A stretch of 64,000 nt of DNA, taken from contig OZ244065.1 of the NCBI GenBank assembly GCA_965215505.1, positions 864,001-928,000 on the forward strand, in the 5' to 3' direction. This stretch comes from Capsulimonadaceae bacterium (GTDB lineage Bacteria > Armatimonadota > Armatimonadia > Armatimonadales > Capsulimonadaceae). The stretch's first letter is position 1, and the number at the start of each line of letters is the position of its first letter. Made by a program: the position numbers and the translations under genes. Under the pieces are notes generated by a model. The model saw only the letters and a list, made by a program, of their open reading frames with translations. It made no database searches and was not told where the DNA came from. Below are positions 1-9,623 of the stretch, piece after piece.

Positions 1-1018
1 TCCAATTCGCGGCCCTCACGGCGTCTATGGCTGGGGGGCGGCCCTCCACGATGCTCCGCACGAACTCGTGTGCCAGGTGCGGGTGCGAGCCGCCGTGGGC
101 ACCATCAGTCTCGTACTGCGTGAATTCCCTGATCTCCGGGGGCAGGCGGTCGGCGTAGTCGGGGAGGGTGACGCGGGCCGCATCCACAGGACGGCCGTAA
201 GGAGTGCGCTCGTCGCCCAATGTAAACAGTGTCGGTCTGTCGCCGTGCAGGTGGCTCCACTCGAAGCCCCGCTTCGTGCCGTAGACGTGGAAGCCTTCGA
301 TATAAGAGCGGGCCGTTTCAAACCAGGAGCGGGTGACTTCGGCGGCGACGGGTGGGTCTTCCAGGCGGAACAGGGCGGTTTCCAGCCGGAACGGGTTCGC
401 GCCGGGCTGACGCAAGTGTGGCGGGAGCAGGCCGGAACCGAGGCAGTGGACGCGGGTCGCCCGCGTCCCGGTCAGCGCGAGAAGGGGCGCGACGGCATGG
501 GTGGCGTAGTGCATCGGCGGGACGGACTGCCAATAAGCGTCGCGCCCCTCCACGTCCTGGAAGTAGATGCCGCGCAGGAAGGTCAGGTCGCCCAACTCGC
601 CCCGCTCGTAGAGGTCCTTGACGAAGAGGAATTCGCGCGAGTAGACGACGGTCTCCATCATCATGTAGTTTTTGCCGCTGCTGCGCTGTGCGGCCATGAC
701 GGCGCGCAGTTCGTCGAGGGAGACGCCCATCGTCACCGCGCTGGCGCAGTGCAAGCCGGAATTGAGGGCGCGCACGGCCTGTTCGGCGTGGAGGAGCAGG
801 GGCGTGAGCAGGTGGACGGCGTCAACGCCGGGCGCATCCAGGAGGGCGTCAAGTGAGGCGAAGCGGCGGCGGACGCCGTAGCGGTCACCCACCCGGCGCA
901 GACGCTCGGCGTCCGGGTCGCACAGGACGACCTCCTGCACGTCCGGATGACGCTGATAGATGGGTACGAACTGTTCCCCGAAGCCCAGGCCGACGACGGC
1001 GATGCGGAGCTGATTCAA
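1..1018 (-). CDS. Gfo/Idh/MocA family oxidoreductase (3' end runs off the window)
   Basis: Not in the ORF track; translated by hand from TTG at 1018: MNQLRIAVVGLGFGEQFVPIY...DAVHLLTPLLLHAEQAVRAL...; near the window edge HGGSHPHLAHEFVRSI. Start overlaps the upstream stop (TTGA). Confidence 0.85.
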   Translation of the reverse strand, partial: MNQLRIAVVGLGFGEQFVPIYQRHPDVQEVVLCDPDAERLRRVGDRYGVRRRFASLDALLDAPGVDAVHLLTPLLLHAEQAVRALNSGLHCASAVTMGVSLDELRAVMAAQRSSGKNYMMMETVVYSREFLFVKDLYERGELGDLTFLRGIYFQDVEGRDAYWQSVPPMHYATHAVAPLLALTGTRATRVHCLGSGLLPPHLRQPGANPFRLETALFRLEDPPVAAEVTRSWFETARSYIEGFHVYGTKRGFEWSHLHGDRPTLFTLGDERTPYGRPVDAARVTLPDYADRLPPEIREFTQYETDGAHGGSHPHLAHEFVRSIVEGRPPAIDAVRAANW

Positions 1019-1593
1019 AGTGGCCGCCGGTCGCCCAAGCCTTGCATGGCCGCCTCTCGGATATTCGGGGCTGGGTCGTTCAGCAGGAGTCGGAGCGCAC
1101 CGGTGCTCTCGGCGTCTTTCGAGTGTGACAGGAACCGCGCGCCTTCCAGCCGGACCATGGGCGGGGGCGTCCGGCTCAGAATGGACACGCACGCCGCAGT
1201 CGCCGCTTGAGTCTGGTCTGAGGAGAGGAAACCGGTACGCCGGGCCAAACCCAGCACATCCAGCGCCTCGCTCTGCGAAAGCTCGTCCACGGGGCCGTTC
1301 AGGCAGGCGATGGCCTGGCGGGCTTGTGTGGGGGAGAGGTGCCTGGGTTGGCCGCGCACGATGGCGCGCTGGACACTGTTTTTGAGGACGATCATGTCGG
1401 CCATCCGCATGTTTGGAGGCTCGCCCATGCCCTCAGCCCCCGAGTCCCGAAACTCGTCGAGACTGCGCTGCCAGGAGGACTGATGCGGGGTACGATGAGC
1501 CGCAAGGCCCACCCAGGCGAGGGCGACCAGAAGCGCGGCCGCGAACGGCCAGCGGCGGCGCGTGCCTGGAACGACTTCAAGGGGATCATTCAT
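1015..1593 (-). CDS. Membrane-anchored HEAT-repeat protein
   Basis: N-terminal TM helix; C-terminal LLNDPAPNIREAAMQGLG HEAT/PBS-lyase-like motif. Confidence 0.65.
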   Translation of the reverse strand: MNDPLEVVPGTRRRWPFAAALLVALAWVGLAAHRTPHQSSWQRSLDEFRDSGAEGMGEPPNMRMADMIVLKNSVQRAIVRGQPRHLSPTQARQAIACLNGPVDELSQSEALDVLGLARRTGFLSSDQTQAATAACVSILSRTPPPMVRLEGARFLSHSKDAESTGALRLLLNDPAPNIREAAMQGLGDRRPL

Positions 1594-1625
1594 GGCGCAT
1601 CACACAGCACAAGGGTCCTGTCCGA

Positions 1626-1982
1626 TCAGTGCATCTTGAACGGGCCGCCGTGGGGTTCGGAGGCCATGTCTGGACGGGTAGAGTCCTGGATGACCTCGTG
1701 CAGTTCCAGCACGTTCGGCTGGAAGTAGGCGTCTTTCGGCAGGGAACCCGATTGGGCATGGCCTTTGACGAAGGCGTCCGAGCGAATCCAGCCCATGAAG
1801 TCCTCCCTGGAGGCCCAGAAGGTCAGGATGATGTACGGATCCCCCTCGTTGACAGGCCGAAGCACCTGATTGGAAATGAAGCCCGGCATCCCGTCCACCA
1901 GGCCGGCCCTCTCCCGGAAGACCTTCTCAAATGCCTCCGCGTGTTCCGGCCTGACATAGATTCGATTGGCGACTGTGATCAT
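1626..1982 (-). CDS. Antibiotic biosynthesis monooxygenase family (IsdG/HmoA-like)
   Basis: MITVANRI...FEKVF..RAGLVDGMPGF...W..SDAFVKGH pattern typical of ABM/heme-degrading monooxygenases. Confidence 0.85.
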   Translation of the reverse strand: MITVANRIYVRPEHAEAFEKVFRERAGLVDGMPGFISNQVLRPVNEGDPYIILTFWASREDFMGWIRSDAFVKGHAQSGSLPKDAYFQPNVLELHEVIQDSTRPDMASEPHGGPFKMH

Positions 1983-3460
1983 GGCGTTTTTTCCTCGTTT
2001 TCTTCGTCTATGATACCACCCTGCGGACGGCTTTGCGCGAAGTCATTGGTGGCGGAGCGGGTGATGTTGCGGTGGCCGTCGGTCCAATGATCGCGATACC
2101 AGGTGCAGCACTCGAGGCGGTCATTCAGGCCCGCCATCCTGGCGGCAAGAGCCAAGCGGAACCGGTCGCGGGTCGCGGCGTGCGATGGGTCCTCGCATAA
2201 GTTGTTCCTCTGGAACGGGTCGGCCTGGTTGTCGAAGAGGAGTTCCTTGCCGTCCACGCGGTAGACAGCATAGGTGTAATGCTTGTCGCGCAAGGCCCGC
2301 CACTCGTGGCCGTCTTCCCAGGCAGCCGTCGCGCCGCAGATCTGAAGGAAGGCCGCTTCCGGCTCCGGCCCCGGCGTCCCGAGGGCGCAGTGGCTCAGGT
2401 CCATCCCCTCGACATCTTCCGGGCAGGGCAGCCCGAGCAGGGCGAGCAGGGTCGGCATCAGGTCCACCGTCCCGAGGCAGACATCGGAGACAAGCCCGGC
2501 GGGGAGACGGCCCGGCGCGCGCAGCAGCAGCGGGATGTGGCAGGCTTCTTCATAGAAAATGTTTTTGGCCCGCCGCCCCTGCGCGCCGAACATCTCGCCG
2601 TGGTCGGACGTGAAGACGACGATGGTGTCGCCCGACGCCCCACACTCCGCCAGCCCCGCCAGGAGACGACCGAGACTCTCGTCAATGCTGGTCACCTGCG
2701 CGTAGTAGCCGCGCCGCCATGACTCCAGTTGTGTTCGCTCGGCTGCGCTCAGAGTCGCCCAGGCGTCGGCGTAGGGGACGTCATTCTCCGCGCGGTAGTT
2801 GGGCGGGTCGGGGAACGAGGTCGCGGCATGCATCCGCCAGAAACGCGCGGGGACGTTGTCCGGCCCCCACGGGTCGTGCGGCGGTCCCCAGGAGAGGAAC
2901 AGGGCGAACGGCTCCGGTTCCGCCGAGGCGCGGCGCAGGAAGTCTATGGCGAAGTCGGTCTGCGCGTCCGGCTCGTACACGCCCTCGCCGTAGAAGACCT
3001 TCTCGGTCGTTTCCGTGTGGTAGTACGCGCCGTAGTTGTCGTGGTGGAAGTTGTACGCCTTCCATTCGCCGTCAAAGCCCAGCCGGTCCGGGCCGCGCGG
3101 GACGAACGAGTTCCGGGGGTCGTCATGGTGTCCGAGTTCATTGGCGTAAAGATGCCACTTGCCGATGTATCCCGTCCGATACCCGGCGTCGGTGAGGACG
3201 TGGCCGAAGCAGCGCTGGTTGGAGTTCATCCGCAGCTCGTTGATGACCATGCCGTGAGAGGTCGTGTGCTTGCCGGTCAGGAGCGACGCCCGGTACGCCG
3301 TACAGACCGGGGACGAGGCCACGGCGTTGGTGAAGTTCACACCGCCGGCGGCGAAACGGTCAATGTGGGGCGTAATCGCCTTCTCGTCGCCCGCGTATCC
3401 CATTGACTGGTAGCGCAGTTGATCCGCGAAGACATAGACCAGATTAGGTCGCTGGCGCAT
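1979..3460 (-). CDS. Formylglycine-dependent sulfatase
   Basis: PNLVYVFADQ, CTAYRASLLTG, GYIGKWH, FTSDHG motifs. Confidence 0.92.
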   Translation of the reverse strand: MRQRPNLVYVFADQLRYQSMGYAGDEKAITPHIDRFAAGGVNFTNAVASSPVCTAYRASLLTGKHTTSHGMVINELRMNSNQRCFGHVLTDAGYRTGYIGKWHLYANELGHHDDPRNSFVPRGPDRLGFDGEWKAYNFHHDNYGAYYHTETTEKVFYGEGVYEPDAQTDFAIDFLRRASAEPEPFALFLSWGPPHDPWGPDNVPARFWRMHAATSFPDPPNYRAENDVPYADAWATLSAAERTQLESWRRGYYAQVTSIDESLGRLLAGLAECGASGDTIVVFTSDHGEMFGAQGRRAKNIFYEEACHIPLLLRAPGRLPAGLVSDVCLGTVDLMPTLLALLGLPCPEDVEGMDLSHCALGTPGPEPEAAFLQICGATAAWEDGHEWRALRDKHYTYAVYRVDGKELLFDNQADPFQRNNLCEDPSHAATRDRFRLALAARMAGLNDRLECCTWYRDHWTDGHRNITRSATNDFAQSRPQGGIIDEENEEKTP

Positions 3461-3997
3461 CTATTCCCCCGTGGTTTCTGTAGACAGGGACAAGGCGGCG
3501 ATGGTCTTGGCCCACTCCCAGAGCGCCCCCTGCGAGTGGCGGGCGCCATACTCGCGGAACAGGACAATGCCCTCGTCCCGAAGGATGCCGCCCTCGATGC
3601 GGGGGAGGCGGTAGTTGGGGAAATCCTCTTCCTTGCGCTGCCAGCCGCGCACCAGGGAGACGGCCCCGTCGCCGGGGCATTCGTGGCCGTAGTAAACCGC
3701 GCCGAGGAAGAAAGAGAGGGCGGCACCCAGGCACATCAGGCACGGCTCACCCGTCACGAACAGCGCGGCGTCGCGGCGGCTGCCGGGAAAGGGGCGCAGC
3801 CGGTCAGCGGCTTCCAGAGCCAGCAGGTCGGCGTGGACGAGGAGCCGTCCCTGCGCCCGCTCCTCGGTGTGTGCGGCGGCGATGACCCGACCATCAAGCA
3901 CGACGACCGCCCCGATAGGCAGCTCGCCGTTGTCCAGGCCGACTTGGGCCATGTCCAACGCCTGGCGCATGAAGCCTTCGACCTGGTGCTGGTCCAT
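3461..3997 (-). CDS. Nucleoside/tRNA deaminase family protein
   Basis: ELPIGAVVV, HAD (normally HAE), EPCLMC zinc motif. Confidence 0.8.
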   Translation of the reverse strand: MDQHQVEGFMRQALDMAQVGLDNGELPIGAVVVLDGRVIAAAHTEERAQGRLLVHADLLALEAADRLRPFPGSRRDAALFVTGEPCLMCLGAALSFFLGAVYYGHECPGDGAVSLVRGWQRKEEDFPNYRLPRIEGGILRDEGIVLFREYGARHSQGALWEWAKTIAALSLSTETTGE

Positions 3998-4000
3998 GAT

Positions 4001-4498
4001 CTACTCCGCGTCCCCGTCCGGCCCATGAAGATCGCCCACTGTAGCCTGCGTCACGCGGACGAGGTCGGCAGGCGCGAGGAGTATCTGCGTCCCCCGAACG
4101 CCCGCGCTGATGCTGATCTCTTCATGCTTCAGGGCGGGCCGGTCGAGGTAGACCGGCAGGCGCTTCCTGGTGCCGAGCGGCGAAACGCCCCCGCGCACAT
4201 AGCCGGTGATGGGCTGGACCTCTTTCAGCGGTAGCAGGTCACAGCTCTTGTTCCCCGAAACGGCCGCCAGCGCCTTCAGGTCGAGGCCCGTCCCCGCCGC
4301 GACCAGTGCGAGCAGGACGCCGGACTTGTCGCCGCGCACGGCTAATGTCTTGAAGACCTGGGCATCGGGCAGGCCGATCTTGCGGGCGACCGTCTCGGCG
4401 GACAGGTCGGCCTCGTCAACCTCGTAGTGCGCGAGCCGGTAGGCGACATGGGCCTCGTCCAGCAGGCGCACGGCGTTGGTCTTAGCGGCGGCCTTCAT
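4001..4498 (-). CDS. ybaK: Cys-tRNA(Pro) deacylase YbaK
   Basis: KTNAVRLLD, QVFKTL, TGYVRGGVSPLG, ISAGVRG; true start MKAAAK at 4498 with ATGA overlap. Confidence 0.9.
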   Translation of the reverse strand: MKAAAKTNAVRLLDEAHVAYRLAHYEVDEADLSAETVARKIGLPDAQVFKTLAVRGDKSGVLLALVAAGTGLDLKALAAVSGNKSCDLLPLKEVQPITGYVRGGVSPLGTRKRLPVYLDRPALKHEEISISAGVRGTQILLAPADLVRVTQATVGDLHGPDGDAE

Positions 4499-5934
4499 GC
4501 CGTCGACGGCATGAACAGCCGCCGGTACAGGTTCGTCTGGAGCAGGTTCTCCGGGTCGCACTCGTGCTTCAAGGCCAGGAACTTGGCGACGCGCTCCTCG
4601 CCCAAGGCTTCCGCCAGCGACGAGCGGTGCAGGGCGCTGTCTTTGGCGAAGTAGAAGCGGCCCCCGGCGTCCAGCACAAGCCGGTCCATCTCGGCGGCGA
4701 GGCTCATCAAAGCGCCCTGCCGCGCGGGCACGACGGCGAAGTCGAGGGCGAACGAGTAGCCGTCTACGGCGTGGGTCATCAGGAAGTCGTCCGGACGGTG
4801 CCGCTTGAAGACGCCGAGGTAGGGGACGACGCCGTAAGCCTGGGCAAGCTTGATCTGGGCCGAGAAAACGGCCTGGGCCTTCTCCTTGGGGACGAAGCTC
4901 TGGTACTGGATCAGGCCGCCCGGTTTGTAGGCGTGTTTCCAGTTCGGCACATAGTCCAGCAGGAACGCGAAGCCCGCGTGGGACTGCGTATGCACCTTCC
5001 CGTCGCCGAGTTTGGCCGCACTGAGGGACTTGGCGAGGTTGATGGCGCGCATCCCCGGATCGTTGACGAACGGCTTCATGAAGCGCCACATGAGGGACTT
5101 GGGAACGACGCCGAACAGGCTGTCGGGCAATTCCTGGTTCTCGACGCGCAAAGTCTGGGCGGGGGCGGGGTCCTCGCCCGGCGCGAGGTAGTTGGCCTGA
5201 TGGACCTGGCCGCGCCCCAATGCATCCCCCGTGGCGAAGCAGTCTATCCATCCCACCAGATAGTCGGACTTCGTCAGGCGCTCCTCGAAGACGCGGAACA
5301 GGTCGCCAAAGCTGCGGTGCGCGATGGGCGTCACGTTCAGCAGGCCCGAGTAAACCTTCTTGAGCTGCAAGTCGAGCCGCGTGATGACGCCGAGCATCCC
5401 GAAGCCGCCGATGGCGGCGTGGAACAGGTCGGCGTTCTCGGAGCGGGAACACACCTTCGTCTCGCCCGCCGGGGTCATGATCTCGAACTCCTGGATCCAG
5501 TCCCCGATCGGGCCGGCCTTCCAGTTATTCTTGCCGTGGATGTTCATCGCCGCCGCGCCGCCCAATGTCGGGAACATCGTCCCGGACACGACATTAGGCC
5601 ACCAGCCGTCCTCGATGGTGTACTGCCAGAGCTGCTGGATGGTGACGCCCGGCTCGACTCGGATGAGTCCCGTCTGCGGGTCCCAGGCCAGTATCCGCTT
5701 CATGCGGGTCAGGTCCAGGCTGATGCCCTCGGCGTTCAGCGAGGCGTCGCCGTAGGAGCGGCCCGCGCCGCGCAGGCCGACCGAGCGACCCGAGCGCCGG
5801 GCCTGGTCGAAGACGGCGCAGACGCCGTCGGTCGTGCTGGGCCGGTAGACGTAGCTCAGGGAGGCGGAGGACATCCCCCACCCTTCCAGGCGCTCCAGGT
5901 GGTCGGCGGGCAAGGTTGTCTGCGGCTGAGGCAT
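4495..5934 (-). CDS. FAD-binding oxidoreductase, DprE1-like
   Basis: RGAGRSYGDASLN, TLGGAAAMNIHGKN, GYSFALDF, GGRFYFAKD. Confidence 0.85.
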   Translation of the reverse strand: MPQPQTTLPADHLERLEGWGMSSASLSYVYRPSTTDGVCAVFDQARRSGRSVGLRGAGRSYGDASLNAEGISLDLTRMKRILAWDPQTGLIRVEPGVTIQQLWQYTIEDGWWPNVVSGTMFPTLGGAAAMNIHGKNNWKAGPIGDWIQEFEIMTPAGETKVCSRSENADLFHAAIGGFGMLGVITRLDLQLKKVYSGLLNVTPIAHRSFGDLFRVFEERLTKSDYLVGWIDCFATGDALGRGQVHQANYLAPGEDPAPAQTLRVENQELPDSLFGVVPKSLMWRFMKPFVNDPGMRAINLAKSLSAAKLGDGKVHTQSHAGFAFLLDYVPNWKHAYKPGGLIQYQSFVPKEKAQAVFSAQIKLAQAYGVVPYLGVFKRHRPDDFLMTHAVDGYSFALDFAVVPARQGALMSLAAEMDRLVLDAGGRFYFAKDSALHRSSLAEALGEERVAKFLALKHECDPENLLQTNLYRRLFMPSTA

Positions 5935-5965
5935 TGGCTTACTGCGGCTGTCTAATCATGTCTGT

Positions 5966-6703
5966 CTAGATGTTCAGGTGCTTGAAGATCGGGGCGGGGA
6001 TGGCGCGGATGACGGCCATGATCGGCTTCCACTTCGCGGGGACATAGGCCACGCGGACCCTGTCTTTGGCGGCCAGCAATATCTCGGCGGCGGCCTGCTC
6101 GGCGGAGATCATGCCGGGCATCTTCAGGCCCTCGGTCATCGGCGTATCCACCGGGCCGGGCTTGATGGTCACGACGAACGCGCCGCGCCGCTCGATGCGG
6201 TTGCGGAGCGACTCCAGGTACGCATTCAGGGCGGCTTTTGAAGCACCGTAGACGGGGTTCCCGCGCCGCCCCCGGTCACCGGCCACGCTGGAAATGCCGA
6301 CGATGGTGCCCGCCTTGGCCTTCTCGAATCGCCGCGCCGCCTCGTTTAGCCAGGCGACCGCGCCGGTGAAGTTGGCGGCGATGGTCTGCGCGTCCTTCCC
6401 CGTAGCATACTCCTCCGGGCCGACGGCGGGCATGACGCCTGCCGCGTAGATAATCAGATCCAGCCCACCCAGGTCGCGCGTGATGGTTTCAAACAGGGCC
6501 GGGACGGCCTCGGTGTCTGTGACATCGTGGGCATAGACCAAAGCCCCGGCGTCGGCACCGAGCGCCTGCGCCAGCGCGCGCAGGCGCTCTTCACGCCGGG
6601 CGACCAGGGCGACTCGGCAGCCGTCGGCGGCCAGGGCGCGGGCCAGGGCCTCGCCGATGCCCGACGAGGCCCCGACGACGATCGCACGCTTCCAGTGTGG
6701 CAT
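5966..6703 (-). CDS. Short-chain dehydrogenase, DprE2-like
   Basis: GASSGIG, SSVAGDRGRRGNPVYGASK, KPGPVDTPMT; adjacent to the DprE1-like gene. Confidence 0.85.
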   Translation of the reverse strand: MPHWKRAIVVGASSGIGEALARALAADGCRVALVARREERLRALAQALGADAGALVYAHDVTDTEAVPALFETITRDLGGLDLIIYAAGVMPAVGPEEYATGKDAQTIAANFTGAVAWLNEAARRFEKAKAGTIVGISSVAGDRGRRGNPVYGASKAALNAYLESLRNRIERRGAFVVTIKPGPVDTPMTEGLKMPGMISAEQAAAEILLAAKDRVRVAYVPAKWKPIMAVIRAIPAPIFKHLNI

Positions 6704-6705
6704 GG

Positions 6706-7455
6706 CTAGCTCTTCTTGGCCACCCAGAGGACGGCGTTATGCAGGACGCGGCGGACGTTCGGGTCGAAGTAGGTGGGGTACGTCTCGTGGCCGGGCCGGA
6801 AGTAGAAGACCCGCCCCACCCCGTAGCCCTGCCCCTTGCCGCCGCCCGGCCCGCTCGTGAAGGCGGGGTCAATGCCCGCGCCGACCGTCGCCGTGAAGGA
6901 GGGGAAGTATTCACCGCCGAGCGGGAAGTAGGACTGGAAAACGACCGTCTGCGGCGGCGGCACGTCGAACGGCGAGCCGTACATCTCCTCGGCGGGCAGG
7001 GAGAAGTCCTCGACCCCCTGGGCGATCGGGTGCTTCGGGGCGCAGACGGTGATCTCCTCGGTGTCGGCGGGGTTTTCGGCCTCGCGCCAGCCGCCCTTGA
7101 GGTGCCCGGTGCAGCCCAGGATGCCCCGGAAGGTCTTGGAATAGTGGGCGGAATGCAGGGCGATAAAGCCCAGGCCGCCCTGCGCGGCTTTAATGACCTT
7201 GGCCGCCGTCTCGTCCGTGACCTCGCCGTGTCGGGCATGGCCCCACCAGATGATGGCGTCAATGCCGGACAAGGCTTCCTCGGTGATGCCCTGGTCCGGG
7301 TCATCGAGGTTCGCGGTCGTGGCGACGATGCTGCCGCCGCCCATCTCGTTCAGTCCGTCGGCGATGGCACCGTTCAGGCTCTTCGGATAGATCTCTTTGG
7401 GGGCATGGCGGGGCGCTTCGTCCCAGACCAGCACGCGCACGGGGTTGTCGGGCAT
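6706..7455 (-). CDS. thuA: ThuA-domain protein
   Basis: VLVWDE, IWWGHARH, LHSAHYSK, EEMYG, GRVFYFRPGHETYPTY. Confidence 0.85.
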   Translation of the reverse strand: MPDNPVRVLVWDEAPRHAPKEIYPKSLNGAIADGLNEMGGGSIVATTANLDDPDQGITEEALSGIDAIIWWGHARHGEVTDETAAKVIKAAQGGLGFIALHSAHYSKTFRGILGCTGHLKGGWREAENPADTEEITVCAPKHPIAQGVEDFSLPAEEMYGSPFDVPPPQTVVFQSYFPLGGEYFPSFTATVGAGIDPAFTSGPGGGKGQGYGVGRVFYFRPGHETYPTYFDPNVRRVLHNAVLWVAKKS

Positions 7456-7466
7456 TTCTTGTCTCC

Positions 7467-8876
7467 TTATTCGCCGCCGGCACCGACGCCGGGTTCGGTC
7501 ATCTTGCGGGCATCCAGCAGGTCATCAAGCTGCTCGGCGGGCAGGATCTGCTCGGACACGCAGAGGTCGCGGACGGTCCGGCCCTCGTCCACGGCCCGCT
7601 TGGCGAGCTTGGCCGCGTTGTCGTAGCCGATGACCGGGGCGAGACTGGTCACCATGCTCATGGACCACTCCACCAGACTCTCCGCCCGCTGCGTGTTCGC
7701 CGTCAGCCCGGCGACGGCCTTGTCGGTGAAGACCGTGACCGAGTTCGCCAGGAAGGTGAGGCTCTCCAGCACGTTCCGCGCGATCACGGGGAGCATGACG
7801 TTCAGGTCAAGGTTCCCATGCGTGTTGGCGACGGTCACGGTGACGGCGTTGCCGATGACCTGGGAACAGACCATCATGAGCTGTTCGCACATGACCGGGT
7901 TGACCTTGCCGGGCATGATGGAGGAGCCGGGCTGGACGGCGGGCAGCGAGATCTCGCCCAGGCCGCAGCGCGGGCCGGAGGAGAGCCAGCGCACGTCGTT
8001 GGCGACTTTCAGCAGCGAAGCCGCCACCGTAGACAACTGGTTCGCAAGCTCTACGGAGGCGTCCTGGCTGCCCTGCGCCTCGAAGTGGTTCTCGGCCTCA
8101 ACGAAGGGCAGGCCGAAGCGTTCGGCGAGCTTCGCCGAAACGGCGGCCCCGAAACCTTCCGGCGAGTTAATCCCCGTCCCGACCGCCGTCCCGCCGATGG
8201 CGAGTTCCATCAGGCGCGGCTTGACGCCCTCCAAGCGGGCGATACTCAGTTCCACCTGCCGCGCCCAGCCGGAAGCCTCCTGGCCGAGACGGATGGGAGT
8301 CGCGTCCATCAGGTGAGTCCGGCCGATCTTGACGATCTCGTCCCACTCGCCCGCCTTGTCGGCCAGGGCGGAATGCAGGGCGCGGAGGGCGGGCAGTAGC
8401 CGACCCTCCAGTTCGGTCGCCGCCGCGATGTGGATGGCGGAGGGGATGACATCATTGGAGGACTGGCTCTTGTTCACATGGTCGTTGGGGTGGACCGGGG
8501 ACTTGGAGCCGATCACGCCGCCCATCAGCTCGATGGCGCGGTTAGAGATCACCTCGTTCGTGTTCATGTTCGTTGACGTCCCGGACCCGGTCTGGTAGAT
8601 GTCCAGGACGAACTGCGCGTCCAAAGCGCCCGCGATCACCTCATCGGCGGCCTGGTAGATGCCTTCGGCGGTGACCGTGTCGAGCAGGCCCATCTCGACG
8701 TTCACCTCGGCCGCCGCCCGTTTGACCGCCCCCATCGCCTGGATGAAGGGCCGGGGGAAGCGGACGCCGGAGACGGGGAAATTGGCGACCGCACGGGCGG
8801 TCTGCGCGCCGTAGTAGGCGTCGGAGGGGACCTGGAACTCGCCCATCGAGTCCTTTTCGGTGCGTGTGTTTGTCAT
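7467..8876 (-). CDS. fumC: Class II fumarate hydratase
   Basis: EKDSMG, QTGSGTSTNMN, HPNDHVNKSQSSND, GSSIMPGKVNP signature. Confidence 0.93.
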   Translation of the reverse strand: MTNTRTEKDSMGEFQVPSDAYYGAQTARAVANFPVSGVRFPRPFIQAMGAVKRAAAEVNVEMGLLDTVTAEGIYQAADEVIAGALDAQFVLDIYQTGSGTSTNMNTNEVISNRAIELMGGVIGSKSPVHPNDHVNKSQSSNDVIPSAIHIAAATELEGRLLPALRALHSALADKAGEWDEIVKIGRTHLMDATPIRLGQEASGWARQVELSIARLEGVKPRLMELAIGGTAVGTGINSPEGFGAAVSAKLAERFGLPFVEAENHFEAQGSQDASVELANQLSTVAASLLKVANDVRWLSSGPRCGLGEISLPAVQPGSSIMPGKVNPVMCEQLMMVCSQVIGNAVTVTVANTHGNLDLNVMLPVIARNVLESLTFLANSVTVFTDKAVAGLTANTQRAESLVEWSMSMVTSLAPVIGYDNAAKLAKRAVDEGRTVRDLCVSEQILPAEQLDDLLDARKMTEPGVGAGGE

Positions 8877-8888
8877 ACTGTTGTCGAA

Positions 8889-9551
8889 TTACCTGTGCGT
8901 GTCGCTGGAAAGATGGTAGGAGAGGACGGCGAGTTCCTGTAAGAAAGAGACGTTGCGGACGACCACCCGCGCCGGCACCCTTAAAATGATCGGGGCGAAG
9001 TTCAGGATCACGCGCACGCCCGCGAGGATGGCGTCGTCCGCGACATGCTGGGCCACCGAGGCGGGGACACAGATGATCGCGATGCGCGCGTTTATCTCGG
9101 CATTGGTCTGCCTGAGCCGCGCCCCATCCTGGATGACCAGATCGCCCTGCGGCCTCCCCACCTTGCCGGGATCGTTGTCAAAGGCGGCGGCGATGTGGAA
9201 CTTGTGTTCGCGCAGGCCGGGGTATCCAATCAGGGCGCTGCCAAGGTTGCCCGCGCCGATGACGATGATCGGCTGCATCTGGTCTATCTTGAGGATGCGC
9301 GCGATGCGCGTCTGAAGCTCAACGACGTTGTACCCGACGCCGGGCTTGCCGAACTCGCCGAAGTAGGAGAGGTCCTTGCGGAACTGGGCGGCGTTGATCC
9401 CGGTCTGTTTCTCCACGTCGGTGGAAGAGATCGTTTCGACTTGTGACGCCTCAAGGTCAATCAAATAGCGGAGGTAGGTGGCGAGCCGTTCCAGGGTTGG
9501 AATCGGGACCTTCGGGCTGCTGTTCACGGGGAGTTTCTCTTGCCATTCCAC
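8889..9551 (-). CDS. rex: Redox-sensing transcriptional repressor Rex (start may be the later GTG, VNSSPK)
   Basis: TLERLATYLR, AAQFRKDLSYFGEFGKPGVGY, GAGNLGSAL, ILNFAP. Confidence 0.95.
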   Translation of the reverse strand: MEWQEKLPVNSSPKVPIPTLERLATYLRYLIDLEASQVETISSTDVEKQTGINAAQFRKDLSYFGEFGKPGVGYNVVELQTRIARILKIDQMQPIIVIGAGNLGSALIGYPGLREHKFHIAAAFDNDPGKVGRPQGDLVIQDGARLRQTNAEINARIAIICVPASVAQHVADDAILAGVRVILNFAPIILRVPARVVVRNVSFLQELAVLSYHLSSDTHR

Positions 9552-9603
9552 CGCCTGCCGTCATCGCCCAGGCTGTTCGGTCCGTCTCTTCAGTCTCTTC
9601 TGC

Positions 9604-9621
9604 TTGTGAAATCTATCACAG
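9604..9621. promoter_or_regulatory. Rex operator (ROP)
   Basis: TTGTGAA-ATCT-ATCACAG versus consensus TTGTGAA-N4-TTCACAA, directly upstream of rex. Confidence 0.8.
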
Positions 9622-9623
9622 GT

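Noticed and set aside
68..856. 262-aa plus-strand ORF and many other long ORFs opposite real genes (e.g. 4564-5955, 17296-18765, 59782-61518)
   Set aside because: Antisense shadows of GC-rich genes; the opposite strand carries the recognisable motifs.
4001..5452. Apparent 483-aa YbaK fusion (similar long extensions on 37745-39454, 37805-39667, 43930-46350, 47271-50060)
   Set aside because: The extensions are off-frame or antisense overlaps of neighbouring genes; real starts are internal.
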